From Guillardia theta CCMP2712 (Eukaryota; Protista; Cryptophyta): a DNA stretch of 64,000 nt. Location: positions 921,061 through 985,060 of the forward strand of contig NW_005434667.1 in the NCBI RefSeq assembly GCF_000315625.1. The letters are read 5' to 3'. The notes beneath the pieces were generated by a model. That model was not told the origin of the DNA and ran no database searches. It saw only the letters and a program-made list of their open reading frames with translations. Positions 24,763 through 38,353 of the stretch are shown here, one piece after another. Made by a program: the position numbers and the translations under genes. Every line of letters starts with the position of its first letter. Position 1 is the stretch's first letter.

Positions 24763-27254
24763 TCACTGGAATGAAGTTTGCAAAATATGCCTCACGGATT
24801 TTGATGTCGAGAGATCGAATGCTTTCCTTCCAGTCTCATCTCTCATCATGCAGTCTGCTCCCTGCTCAATCAAATTCCGCACGCATTCCTCGCTGTTGGA
24901 TCTGGAGGCCAGATGCAGGGGAGTCATACCAAAGTCATCCTGCACGTTAACCTGGAACTGTTGAGCTGTCAGGAGGTTTCGGAAGTTGAGATAGAGAGAC
25001 CTGTCCAGTCTTGAACAGCATCTTCATAATCGGCAAGTTGCCATTCATCGCTGCGTAATGCAGTGCATTCCTTCCAACATCATCGGCCGCGACGAGGTTG
25101 ACGTCTAGTTTCTCCTTGTCGCTGTTGACGAGAGATTCTCTAGTCAAAGTGGTCACTAGACATCACAATCATCCTCTTGTCTTGTCTCACCCCTCAAGGA
25201 ACCATTGGACCATCTCCCGGTTGTTGCAAGACACGTGGAAATTGAAGGCTGTCCTCCCCTTCTTGTCCTGAACGTTGACGTCCGGGTCGAGCTTGGCGCC
25301 GTGTAGTCTCGCTCGGATCAGTCTGACAGGAAAAGGAATCAACAGCACCAGTCTGACGTCAGCTACTCCTCACCTTTGCGCAACCTCGGGCTTCTTGATC
25401 GAGTGCAGGGGCGTAGAGCCGAAGGAATCCTTGTGACAGGGATCTGCTCCTGCACCCAGCAGCGATCCCGCTGACATCCCCTCCTTCACGTAATGCAGGG
25501 CCGTGCGATTGCTGAGATCGGTCTTGCTCACAAGGACGGTTCGCAGTTCAGGAGGAGAAGAGAGCAGGGCATCGACAAACAGGTGCCAACCCTGCTAACT
25601 GCATGAGATGCGACAAGAAACAGGCAGCCATGCGCTCTCGGTCTTACCCTCTCCGCAGCGATGTGCAACGGGGTTTTCCCCAAGTCATCTGATTCTTGTG
25701 ACAGCCGCTCGTGATCTTTTGCCACCTTTGTCGATGATGATAAGAAGCAACATTATGAAAGAGGAACTTGCCTTGACCGCCTTCTTCACTTCATCCAGGA
25801 CCCTAGTTTCGTCGTCCCGATATTCTTCAAGAAGACTCATCAATATCATACTGCTCTTCAACGCCTTTGGGGAAAAGGCATCAGAACTTGAAACCTCAAA
25901 GGGGACTAAAAGAATAGATGCAGAAAGCGATAGTAGATCCGGCCATAGTAGATCCGGCAAGGTGAGGAAAGAGGAGAAGTGGAGAAGAAAATGATTATTA
26001 AAGAATTACTTCGTGAGTCTGATACATCATGCTTCCAATGCGCATTTCCTCCCTCAGTGAAAAGGACCCTGTTCCGAGTCTTGATGACGAATGTCAGACG
26101 TGAGGCAGAGATTCACAATCATAACACATACAGGATGAGGTCGACATCGACGACACCATCAGTCAACCCATTCTCCGTCCATTCATCTCTCATTTCGTTC
26201 CGAAACCTTTCGAAGGAGGACGCGCTCCGGATTTCCGTCCATTCGTTCTTGTGGTTGATATGCCTTCAAAAAGTCTCTCAACTTATCGTCCGTGGAAGAA
26301 CAAACCTTACCTGAAATGTGCGACCTTCCGAAATCTTTCTTTTAGCAAATTGCACAATTCGGGCCATTCAATGTTGAATGGGAATTTGACTTCTATAATT
26401 GATTCATCGGCGTACGGTAAATGATTCGAAATTTTCAATGTTATGCTCCTGAAGCTCTTTAGAGGTTTGTCGCAATCATCAAAATGCTTTGAACCTTATG
26501 GAATCATTCCTAGCTTTTTCTGAATTGCTATGGCTGCTTTGAGAAGATGCAATAAGCTCTTTCTGCTTTTTCATTCTTTCTTCTCGAAGGGCTGTTGGGT
26601 CTTTTTCATCTGCAGCAAAAGTCATGGTGACCCACTCATGGATAGGAAGCAAACAGTACCTATCGCCTGTGCGATGATAATGATATCTTGCTTGATCTTC
26701 ATGAGATCTTTTCTCTCGTCAACAACGGTGTTGACAACAGCCTCCAGCCTCGAGCTCGTATGTCCAGTGGTAGAAGGCGGTCTTGCCTCAAGATCTTCAA
26801 GAAGCCTTGTTCTCATTTCTTGGATAAACATCAGATCCAAGTAAGAAACAAACGCACACATTACGCTTGACGAACAGCTGATGTGAAATCTCTGAATCTA
26901 CTCGATTCCTCTTCTTGCCTCCTTCTTCGAACCACAGGAACCCGGTGACCTTCTGTTTGACCAGAGCCCTGGCGTCTTTCAAGAAAGTGAAGAAATCGTC
27001 TTCAGAGCTTGAATTGAAATCATCAGCTCGAACAGAAACGGCCCATTAGCTTCTCACCTCATTTCTAGAACAAACTCTGGCTGATGGCTCTCCAGCAACA
27101 TCATAAACCTGGACGGTTCAGCTGCAAGATAGGTGAGCATGTGAAGAAGAGGATAGGTTGGATATTCTGGGAGCACTGACGTAATGCTCGCACACTCGTT
27201 CGTCTTCCTGTTATCCGCCCGCACTCTCGTCCTCGTCCTCGTCCTTGTATTCAT
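24763..27254 (-). CDS. Ankyrin-repeat protein (C-terminal repeats; start uncertain)
   Basis: LGKTPLHIAAE, NRTALHY, GSTPLHS, GRNALHYAAMNGNLPIMKML, GMTPLHLASRSNSEECVRNLIEQGAD. Confidence 0.85.
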
Positions 27255-27726
27255 CGTCCTTATCGTCCACATCCTAGTAGCCTAACCTCAACTTCCTCGA
27301 CCTTCTCGATCTCATCATTCTCATTGTCATCGTCGATGTCTCAAATCTCCTTCGCTTGCCCAGCTCTTGCTGCTGCACCTGTGCCTCCTCCCTCCTCCCC
27401 CCTGCTCCTGCTCCTGCTCTGCTCCTGATCATTATCCTCCTCCTGTGCTGTGTTGATGTCCATCCTCCTCCTCCTCCTCCCCCCCCCCCAACCACCCCCT
27501 CCTCGCCTTACCCTCTGCCATGATGTTCTTGTGAGGTCCCGCCAAGGCTACTCCGACAGTACCCTCCCCCTTTCTGACCCGCATCCCCGCGCTTTCCCAT
27601 CAGGGAAACAAAAGAAGGAAATTTGCGACCCCCTGTAGCAGACAAGTGGAGGAGGAACTATACGACGATGGCGAAGACAATGCAGACATTAGAGTGAGAG
27701 TGAGAGTGAGAGTGAGAGAGCATGAT

Positions 27727-30033
27727 ATGAAGATGAAGATGGAGAAGATGATGGGAGCAAAGATGAAGGGGGGATCTGCCATAACGAGACTCATCGTGAT
27801 AGCCGTTGTAGTCCTGTTAACATCGCAACCACTCGCCGGCTCCCGTGATGGAAATTTTGGACGCTCGAGCGTAGAAGGACCGGGTTGGAGAAGGAGAGCC
27901 ACAAGGAAACTCGGGGCCTGTCTTTCGGATGGCGTCCAGACTCTGCGGCTGACTGGAGGAGGTCCAAATGAGGAGGGGCAAGTGCAAAGGAACGCTTTCG
28001 AGTCGTTCTTGTCGTTCTTGTCCTTGACTCATCAGAAAGAGGCCCGGTTGCTGGCATATGACACTGTCATCTACATCATGGATCAGACCATCAAAATGCT
28101 AGTCAACAGGAATCAAGATAACTCTCGCGAGCCTGTCATACATTACTCGATCGAAATGGAAGAACGCATAGCCGGTCCGGGATCGCCGCAAGGAGCAGAG
28201 AAGGTTCAGCACCTTACTGATTTCTCCTCGATATCTCTTCATCTTGACTGCGCATGCCTCACCACAGGTGATGGAGTTCCTCTCATCCATAGGGCTCGAA
28301 CCTATCGGCCCCCTGGCGTCCTCGGGAACTGAAAAGAAGCTCCGGCTGCAGCGGATCTGTGACATCACCGTTCTGAGAGACTCAAGGAGAATTGCGTTGG
28401 AAGCGATGAATGATCTTCGCCTTCGGAGCCAGCACGAGAGGCATGAAGATGCGATGGACGTGGAGGAGGATGCCCGCGGTGACCTGCGGGCAAGCGGCGA
28501 TGTCCGTGTCGAGCTACTGGAGAAGGAGATGCAGAAGGCTGCGAGTGAACTGAGATTCGAAGATGCTGCGAAGCTGAGGGATGCATTGGAAGTCCTCAGG
28601 CGGCAGTCTTCTGATTCAAACGCCCAGCAACAGTCGAAATCCCCAAGAGTGGGCGGAGCTAAACCAAACAGCGATTTCCCATGTACAAGCGGTATTCGAA
28701 AGTCTTCAAATAGTCCGCCAGGTGCTATTGGTGCTCGGAAACCCTATCAGCGGCCGAGCCCGACTCTTTGGCCACAGAATGATAATGAATTTCAAGGTTT
28801 GCTCCACTTGTGTTTCCTCTCCCCATATTGCGTTTGACTCAAGCTCTTGACAGACAGTGACTCTGAGAAGGTAGATCCAAGAGACTCGGCGATGTCTGAG
28901 GTGAGATATGACAAGTGATCGAAGTGGTTGATGTCTGGTTGTTAGATCCTGAAACAAGCCAAGGAGGCGATGAACAAAGTTGCAGATGATGAACTCAACA
29001 TCCGACAAGTAGGCTTTCAGACACCTTCTTTCCCCTGATTTGATTCTCTCGGACCAGGCTGCGTTGGCGAGTGAAAAGAAGTTGAAAGAACTTGTTTCAG
29101 CGAAAAAAGGTGATTCGGGCCGTTCAGGTTTTTCAGTCGGAACTGAATTCATTGCAGATAAAGAGAAAGTGAGCACTTTATTATCTTCTCTTCAGCTCTT
29201 ACATGGCATCTTCACTCGAGTAAGAATTTTTGCTGTTGTCTTGGAAAACTCACGAATTATTCCTAGGTAATCGAGTCACCTGGAGAGCAGGATCTCAGAA
29301 TTGTGCTTCCATCTTCTGAAAACTTTCTAGAGCGTATGACAGGCTATACCTCTATGTGAGGGTCACATGCACGCAGAGTCTGGATGTTTACATTCCACAG
29401 TGTCGAACTATCTACAGGTGAACAGATCCCCCCCTTGCTAGCCCGATTGACTCGCTGCTCCTCAGTCTGTTGGCTTCTACCACGACGGTCACGGTGAAGT
29501 TTTGCGAAATTCCATACAACTTGATTTACTTTTTGACGCAGAAAAGCTTGTGTTACCAGACGATTACCCTCTCTTTCTGATTCGAGAAGCCGCGGCATCA
29601 GTCGGTACATATATTATCACGACGTTTTGTGAATGTGACTTGTGTGAATGTGACATATTTTAAGAACTCGAAATGGATCCACTGCTTGCAAAAGCGACGG
29701 AACAAGTCGTTGGAATTCCTTTATTTCTTTGTTGTCTGATGAGGGCGCGATCAAGCAGGATATTATTTCGCGATATCCCGACTATGCATCGAGAAATCCA
29801 ATAATCCTCCTGCCAGCAGATCGTAGCGGCAAACCACAAGCAGAGGTAGACTTGAACAGAGACAGAGTGATCAGACGTGACTTCGGCATCAGGATTATCC
29901 CGAGGAGGTGTACGACTTCAATGCTAAGTACTTTCCTCCTGTCTTTGGGTCCACCCGGTTGATGGTTGCCGCAGAGACTTGCTTCTCTGCCTTGAGAGCA
30001 ACAAACGACGATACGAGGAGAGCTCTCAGCTAA
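27727..30033 (+). CDS. Signal-peptide protein with LRLTGG motif, PUB-like segment and UVR (UvrB/C) domain
   Basis: RLIVIAVVVLLTSQPLA signal; LRLTGG; MEERIAG..GAEK|VMEFLSSIGL (PUB-like, weak); LLEKEMQKAASELRFEDAAKLRDAL (UVR). 3' end approximate. Confidence 0.65.
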
Positions 30034-30141
30034 TGTGGGTTCAGTCTGCGAGCTCTGCAGTGCGGTGTCTTCTGATGAGGCTGTTTGCTGCGTAGGACAC
30101 GGAAGATGCGAGAGGCTCGTCATAGCACTAGGAAGAACATC

Positions 30142-30606
30142 TCAGAGCCGGGCAACATCAGAATCCGGTTCGGCGACGGGTGTTTCCTCCAAGGGACTTT
30201 CGACGGAGATGTAGGGCAATGAGATTTGGTTTGTGCGCGTGACCCTTGGGCAGGAGAAGATTTCGTCCATCTTCCATTTTGTTTCTGCATCTTTGAAGGA
30301 AAGAAGAGATTTCACCCTCAAGGTGCTATCGAGCTCTTCAATAGCCTTCACCTTACCTTGTCATGCAGACTGTGCCGCCTGTCAAGTACCTCGAAAAATT
30401 CCTCGACAACAAGATTGCTGGTGATGCCTCAACAAGATCTTTGTGGCAATGACATACTTGACGAAGACATGAATCTATTTCCCAACGGGATCGTTAATGT
30501 CCTATGCAAGGTTTGCATCGAGCAAAATTGACGTAGCAGGGCTTTCTGAATCGTGGTCTTTCCAGGAAGGAGCAAAACTGATCAGAGAAGGCATCCGAGA
30601 CGACAT
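30142..30606 (-). CDS. Small hypothetical protein
   Basis: MSSRMPSLISFAPSWKD...IHVFVNNLVVEEFFE|VKAIEELDSTLRVKSLL...DVARL* via short introns. Confidence 0.5.
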
Positions 30607-30671
30607 TCCACTACAGATGCAAGGCTGACAGTCTCCCTCCCTCCCTCCCCTCCCCTCCCCTCCCTCCCCTC

Positions 30672-30771
30672 NNNNNNNNNNNNNNNNNNNNNNNNNNNNN
30701 NNNNNNNNNNNNNNNNNNNNNNNNNNNNNNNNNNNNNNNNNNNNNNNNNNNNNNNNNNNNNNNNNNNNNNN
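30672..30771. other. Assembly gap (100 N)
   Basis: Run of N. Confidence 0.99.
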
Positions 30772-31462
30772 ATCACTCGCGTTCTGCTTTCCCTTCCGGC
30801 TTCTTCTGTCATCCCTCGCCCCTTCTCCGATCAGCCTCTTACCCATCTATCCTTCTGTTGCTCCCAACGTCCATTTGAAACATCTTTTTTCCCACCTTTC
30901 TTCGACTTCCACAGTTTTGTACTGCTTCTTACCATGCTAAGGTCCCATCTCTTCGCTCCTCTCTCTCATCTCTTACTTCTTCCCTTCCCTTCCCTTCCCT
31001 TCCTCTTCACTTCACTCGCTTCTCCTGTTATCATCTACCTACTACCTCACGCCTGCATTTTTCTCCGTGACGTAGAAACAAAAAGGTCAAGTTACAACCC
31101 CCCCCCACAAGAAAAGCACCCACCCCTTCAAATACCAAAGAAGCACCCCAAAACAGCAGGTAGTACCCACATATGCTTCATTCCCACCCCTTGTTTTATG
31201 CCCCTTGGTAACGGTCCCAGTCACCATGCAGAGGCGGGATAGAGGACATTGAGTTTTAGGGGAGGAGAGGGAGGAGGGAGGAGAGCAGAAGAACAGGAGG
31301 GGAAGAACAGGAGAAGGAGGAAGAGGAAGAGGAGGAAGGGGGGGTGGGGGATGAAAGTGACGGGAGGAGATGGTTCATGATAACGATAGATGTGCAGAGA
31401 AACGATAATCGATTTTTCTTACAGGAGGGTTTTGAAAATTTCTTACTCCTTCAACAGTGACC

Positions 31463-34393
31463 ATGGAGCAAAGCCGCAGAGCAAACACGTGGGACCCCAG
31501 GACTATGAATGACAAACTGCCAGTGCCGACAGGTCTAGACCCGGAGACCTTTGAAGCCATGTTCGAAGGCATGGGGGTGTCGCCAGCGTCGCGGCAGACA
31601 TTCCCGTCTGAACCTCGACCTGGTCTCAGCGATGATCCCATGACGAGCAGCAAGGAGAGGTCCAGTGCCATCTTTCACCCGGACACGCTGCTTCCTATAG
31701 AAGAGAACTCCTTCCCTTCCAATGGCACCCCACGGGGTTCTTCCAGTGACATGCCTTGGCCTGTTGGGATGGTTCTTGCTAACCACGGGATCTTGAGCAA
31801 GATCGTGCCCAACTCCCCGGTGTCGCGAGCAGAGCTTGTGTACGAGACAACGGTGAGCTCGGGGAGAGAGCGATCTTGTGTGCGCTGCTGACTCGCCTTG
31901 TCACTTGCCAGCCGGGACTGTGGCGGGGAGGATGCGAGGTTGGCGATCGGCTCGTTGAGATTGACGGGCAACGGGTGGACTCCATCACGCACAAGAGAGA
32001 CCTGGCAGAGATGTTGAAGCGACTGACCAAGGTCAAGAGAGAGATCAAGCTATCCTTCTCGAGGAACGAAAGTGACTTGTTCGGTGGGATCTTGATCTGA
32101 CCTTCATGTCCTTCATTCACTTGTACGTCCCAGGCTCGTCAATGACCAGCAGGGTCTACGTTGTGCTCGTGAGATGCGCAAGGCCGACAGACTCTGTGAG
32201 GTTCGAGGTTGCGATGGAACAGCAGAGCAGGAACGAGTGGAACGAGCGATACATGGAGGAGGCAGAGAAGCTGAGAGAGGTTGTCCTCGAGATGTTCTCT
32301 TGATGAGCTGACGAGAATCGTAGGAGACCGACACGAGGACCAAGATGGAAGAAGTGATCTTGACCTTTGGCATCAGCATGTTGATCGCTCAGATCTTGTG
32401 CAGGAGGAGGCGTACAACGCCATCGAGCTCGAGTTGAAGTGCGCTGCTCGCTGTGTCTCTTAGATACTCTCCTGATCATGAGGCTGCAGGAAGATGCAGG
32501 ACAGGATCCTCGCAGCTGATGCCGAGTCGAGCGTCTTGCGATCTGAGAACCGACAGCTGCAGTCGCTGCTGGAGGAAGCTGAGAATCGTCTGGCAAAAGT
32601 TGACAGCCGTAGGTGTCGATTTCGTGGCTGACGTGCCTCAGGTACCGCTGGAGCAGGCGAAGGCCAAGCAAGAGCAGATGAGGCTGCAGGAAGCGGAGAA
32701 GCAGGTGTCGCAGGTGAAGGAGGGGAGTTCGGTTCTTCTCGATCTCACTCATTGTGCAGTTGACGGAGGTCAACAGAGATCTGTCCAACAGACTTCAGTC
32801 GTCTGAGACGAAGGTGACGGAGGTGAATTCAAGCGCTCAGCTGAGAGACCGTAGATGAGCAACCTGGCGGTCGAGAAGGCCAGACTGATGGAGGAGCTGG
32901 AGAGTCTGAGGAGGGCGGAAGGCAACGAGACCAGCCAAGAGCTCCAGCTGCTGAAGAGACAGGTCCCTTGCTCGCTCCCTCTCAGTCTCGCGACCCTGAC
33001 CATTGAACTTCCTTAGCTCGAGGAGCGGAGCGACAGGATCGCGGAGCTGGAGGACCTGCTGGAGGAGTCGAGGAGCAAGGCGATGCGGGAGATGCAGCAG
33101 TCGATCTCTCTGGAATCTCAGATTCAATCCCTGCAGCTGAGGAACGAGGAGCTGGAGGGGAAGGTGGGTCCATCCTTTGTGCTGCTTAGACGCTCCCTTA
33201 CTTTCTCTCCAGCTCATCTCTGCCAACAGCGCCCTATCGCAGCCCCAGTCGCAAGATGACCTACTCAAGATACGTGAGCTTCAGGCCCGGGTGAGGACGA
33301 GCGTTCTGGCGTATTGGTCGCTGACAAGCCAGGCAGGCGGAGGAACTTTCCTACGACAACTTGCAGGCCAACAATGAGATCCAGGAGCTGCAAGAGAGGC
33401 TGCAGCTGGCGTATGAGGAGAAGGAGAGGAGCGACGAGAGGAGCCAGGAGCTGGAGGTCCTCGTGCGCAACCTCAACCACGAGAAATCTTCCCTTGCTGC
33501 CGAGCTTGAGGTCGCTCGTAGCAGCAGGCAGCAGCCCGACGTCTCCTCCTCCTTCCCAGTCGACAAGAGCCGAGGCTATGGCACCGTCCCCGAGCAGGCT
33601 ATGCGGGAGACTTACAACTTCCGCCAGACGAGGGAGGAGCAGCGGGGGTCGGCTGTCATGCCCAGGACGATCCCAGCAAGGGAGGAGAAGCTGGATGAGT
33701 TCCTCAGCAAGCCCCTGGACGAGTTCATGCAGGCTCGGCCGCTCGACTACGATCGCGAGCCGCAGGGTGGGGGGACGCGCTACGAGCCCTGGGGGAGAGA
33801 CGGGAGCGACTCCCCCGAGTACAGCGACGAGGATCAGGACAACGACGTGCAGAAGCAGAGCTCGGAGAGGATCTCCGCCCTCCAGGTCGACCACTTGTGC
33901 TTGGATGACGTCTGAGAGCCATGCAGGCGAGGGCCAACATGCTAGACCAAGAGCTCCGTCAGCTGACGCAGCGAGAGGCTCCTCCTCGGTAACTCACCTC
34001 CTCCATTTCCTTCCCTCCTACCATGCTCTTCCGTTTCTTCTTTTCTATTGTCCTCCCTCCCTCCATCCATCCATCCCTCCCTCTCCCCTTCTCTCGCTTC
34101 CCTTCTTTCCACCTCGACTCACACGAATGGCTGCAGGAACTCTGGTAAATCTGCCTTCTACTCTGCATACAGGGAGCAGGAGAGCAGCGAAGACGACACT
34201 CCGCCTGTGCCCAACAACCCGACCAGCAAGCCTCCGGTCCAGCAGTCCGCCGCCATTGTAGGGCAGGAGCCGCGATCTAGTTGGGACTGACGTGTGTTGG
34301 CTCGCAGGCTGCGGAGAAGATGATGAAGAACTGGGACTCGGAGGACGAATCCGACGAGTACGACGACTACATCGACACCCTGACGCGAGGAGG

Positions 34394-34444
<51 letters not shown>

Positions 34445-34469
34445 TGTTATCAGCGAAGACCTTATGTGA
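31463..34469 (+). CDS. PDZ-domain coiled-coil protein with C-terminal poly-Q
   Basis: VGMVLANHGILSKIVPNSPVSRA...CEVGDRLVEIDGQRV (PDZ), long E/Q/L heptad exons, and (CAG)n near 34400. Confidence 0.8.
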
Positions 34470-34555
34470 CCTTTCTTCCCTTCATTTCAAGATTCCCTTC
34501 ACATACAAACAATTGAAATATTTGTCTTTGTCAAGATGAGCTGGCATTGCACCAT

Positions 34556-35807
34556 CTACACCCTCGTAATGAACATCTTCGGAAACTTCTCCTCGATGGT
34601 AAAGCAAGCAGCAATCGCCTCCTCCTCCTGACCCCCCCGTCCTCCCCGTCCCCCTCCCCCAGCACAGATGAAGCATTGCAACGCGCACAATTTCGCTTCC
34701 ATGAGACTGGACTCGATGGTCGGACAACTTCTAGTCGATCTCCATCGCTGCTTCCACCGAGTAGGGAGAGGGGCTCCTCCTCCTCTCCACCGCCTGTTCT
34801 CCCACGTTCTCTGTGGGATAGTGCACGTGCGAGTCGAGGACTTGGATCCTGTCATCCTCGCATGCCCTATCAAGATCCTTGGAGGCATCGAGCTCGCTCG
34901 TCGAGCTTCCTGGCATTCCCTCCAGCCAAGGAGAGTACAAGATGATGTCACGGCAGACTGGAACGCCAGAGCCCAGCAGGTTGGCGGTGGCGATCGCCGA
35001 AGCCTGTTCGAACAAGGCAGGAAGATGCTCCTTCATGTGTACTCTTCCTGTTGACAGCAAATACTTGAGAGTCTCCAGGTTTAGCTTGTCGCTGAACCCA
35101 AAGGCAGAGCTGTTCACCTCGAAGCTCCTCCTTCTTGCCCCAATGGCCGGAACATTCGCTAACGCATTGCAGCTCTCGATTGTCACAACTTCTGTACATC
35201 CCTCACCGCTTGCACCGGCTTCCTCCTCAACCTTGGAGCTTTCAGCCTGCAACATCGACGATGTTCCTTCGCCCTCATCGCCCGATTTTGCACGTTCCCC
35301 TGAAACTGTTTGATTGCGGAGACTATCTTCAAGTTCCACGGCCCTCTTCCTAGCTGCTTTCAGATGCTCCTCGCGCTCTCTGACATATCTCCGCATGCAC
35401 ATATCCTTCAGCACATCCTTCGATCTGCTACCGGGCATGTCCGCAGACAGAAGATTCACCCTGCCTGTCGGTCGCGCCATTACATTTCCTCCCCTTATGG
35501 GCTCGACCTCACTCGCCCAGTTCGAGTTCCTTCCATCGCCTCTCAGCAATGGGGGAGGGGCCGCAGCTTGCGCAAAGACTGAACATAGAAGAAACAGAGA
35601 GAAAAGGCGCTTGGGCCACCAGGTCCTCAGTGCCCGGCGAGATAAACTGAGGGGGCGGATTGTGAGGAAGCAGGGGGGGCAGGGGAATGAGGAGGAGGGG
35701 GCGGGGGGGAAGGAGGAGAGGAGGAGGAGGAGAATGGAGACAAGGATGGAGGACTTGAGGACGTCAGGTGGGGGGGAGGAGGAAGAGGGGGGGGGGAAGC
35801 GACGCAT
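34556..35807 (-). CDS. Hypothetical signal-peptide protein
   Basis: 358-codon ORF with RLFSLFLLCSVFAQA, then LLRGDG...IRGG; a possible extra last exon ends KFPKMFITRV*. Confidence 0.6.
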
Positions 35808-35914
35808 GCTAAGCAGAGTCTTCCGCTTCCTCCACCATGTCGAACAATCTTTACCGTTATAATTCGTTACAAAAGTGGTTATAAACGGTTGGGTTCTCGT
35901 GGCCGTGAGTCAGC

Positions 35915-38218
35915 ATGGCGGAGGTGGATCTTGCAACGAAGCAGGATGGCCAGGTGAGGAGAGGAGAGGAGAGGAGAGAAGTATGGAGGAACGTAAGAGA
36001 ATGAAGAGGAGAGGAGAGGAAAGGAGAGAAATATGGAGGAACGAAATAGAATGAAGAGGAGAGGAGAGGAGAGGAGAGGAGAGAAATATGGAGGAACGAA
36101 AGAAAGATGAAGAGGAGAGGAGAGGAGAGAAAGATGGCTACATCGAGAGAGATCAAAGGGGAGAGAAATATGGAAGAATGAGAATGAAGAGGAAAGGAGG
36201 GGAAAAGAGAGGAGAGGAGATCAATGTGGGAAGAGCAAGGGAGAACAGAGGCGGAGAAGAGAAAAGTGCGATATCACAAGATGAGGGGAGCACGTTGGAG
36301 GGAAATGCGATATGATTGTGAAAATTGAAGCATCATCCGAAAGGGATGCAGAATTTGTTCATGTAATTTCATGATTTCAAGTGATATTTGCGGGGATTGA
36401 AGAGAGGACAACCTCGTTGCGATTAATTTCTTCAGTGCCCGATCTTGACAGAACCATCCTAGTTGAGGAGGTTAATGCTGATATAGAAGAGAGACTTGTT
36501 GGCACGGATGAAGACAGTCAGGGAATGACTTTGTTTGTACAGGTGGTTACACCATGGGAGGTGGAAGCAGACGGCGAGGAAGGCATCGACTATGACAAGC
36601 TCATCGATCGCTTTGGGTCTCAGCGAATCTCTCCTGAGCTCATCGAGAGAATGGAAAGGCTGACTGGAGTCAAAGCGTAAGAAAAGTGAATGCCTTGTTC
36701 TCTTTTTATGACTGGTCTACTTTCCTATGCTTGCAGACACCCGTGGCTGCGCAGGGGAATCTTCTTCTCCCACAGAGATTTTGAACAGATTCTTGACTTG
36801 TACGAACAGAAGAAGCCTTTCTACCTTTACACGGGAAGAGGCCCTTCATCTGATGCGCTCCACATGGGCCATCTTATCCCTTTCATGTTCACGAAATGGC
36901 TGCAAGACACCTTCGACGTGCCTCTGGTGATCCAAATGACGGATGACGAGAAGTATCTGTGGAAAGGCGACCACGAGACCAACACGATCGAGAAGTATGA
37001 CACTTGTGTCGTCTCGCCGGGAACCACTTAATCTCTGTTTGCAAGGTTTTATGAGCTGGGAAAGGAGAATGCAAAAGACATCATAGCGTGCGGGTTCGAC
37101 ATCAACAAGACTTTCATCTTCTCAAACCTCGAGTACATTGGGTAGGATTCTCCCTTCCTTCTTAATGCAGCTGACGTCCGTCCTCAGACACATGTATCCC
37201 ACCATCGTTCGGATTGAGAAGGCTGTCACGTACAGCCAGGCCAAGGGGATCTTTGGGTTTACTGACAGCGACAACATTGGAAAGCATTCGTTCCCAGCCA
37301 TTCAGGTAGCAGTGGAGGAGGAAGATCGGCTCCTCTGAGTCCACACAGGCCGCTCCTTCCTTTCCTGTAGCGTTCCCTCACATCTTCGGTACCCGAGGGT
37401 GTCTCGTCGACATCACGACTGATTTCCGAGCAGGAAACGACACGGAGCCGTTGTGCCTCATCCCGTGTGCCATTGATCAGGATCCTTACTTCCGAATGAC
37501 CCGTGACGTGGCCCCGCGTCTCGGGTGGAAGAAGCCAGCGCTCCTCCATAGGTGGGACTGGATCGCTGCATCACCTTAATATCCTCACCGCTGCTGTTCA
37601 GCAAGTTCTTTCCTGCGCTCACCGGCTCGAAGACAAAAATGAGCGCGTCTGACGCGTCGACAACGATTTATGTCTCCGACACCCCAGACATGATCAAGAC
37701 CAAGGTATGTGCCTGAGATATCCTGCTTCCATTGCAGTTGACACGTGACGACAACAGGTGAACAAGTATGCGTTCAGTGGAGGACAGGTTTGACCACTTT
37801 TCCGTACTCTGCTTGCCCGTGTGACCTTCTCAAAGGTTTCCCTCGAAGATCAGAAGAATACTGGAGCAAACTTGGAAGTCGATGTCGCCTACCAGGTGAG
37901 GGTCAATGGAGATGTCATGTTGTTGACTTTAAACTCAGTGGATGCGATTTTTCTGCGACGACGACTCTGTCCTTCAGAAGATAGAACAGGAATATGGTCC
38001 AGGACCAGTCCGTGCTGGCAACAAGATGCTCACAGGAGAGGCCAAGCAGCTGCTCATCTCCACTCTCCAACCCATCATTTCAAGACATCAGCAGGTTTCC
38101 AACTTCGCCGGGTTCTTTCCATCCTGGTGACTTTCCTTGTTTGCAGGCAAGAGCTGCTGTCTCGAATGAGATGGTAGAAACCTTCATGACCCCCAGAACT
38201 CTGAAATTCACGAGATGA
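35915..38218 (+). CDS. WARS1: Tryptophanyl-tRNA synthetase, cytosolic type
   Basis: [78 protein letters not shown]. Confidence 0.97.
35955..36300 (+). repeat. GA-rich minisatellite in TrpRS intron 1
   Basis: Repeated units of the form gaggagaggagagaaatatggaggaacgaa..gaatgaa. Confidence 0.8.
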
Positions 38219-38353
38219 AGTCTCTCGATTAGGAAGCAGAAAATAAACATGTCGCAAGGAACATCTTGGAAACGACTACTAGTAGTCTTGCACTCAGATT
38301 GCTGGGAAGTTACGTTGACAGCATCTCTCACGCGCGTTCTCTTTCGTGAGACA

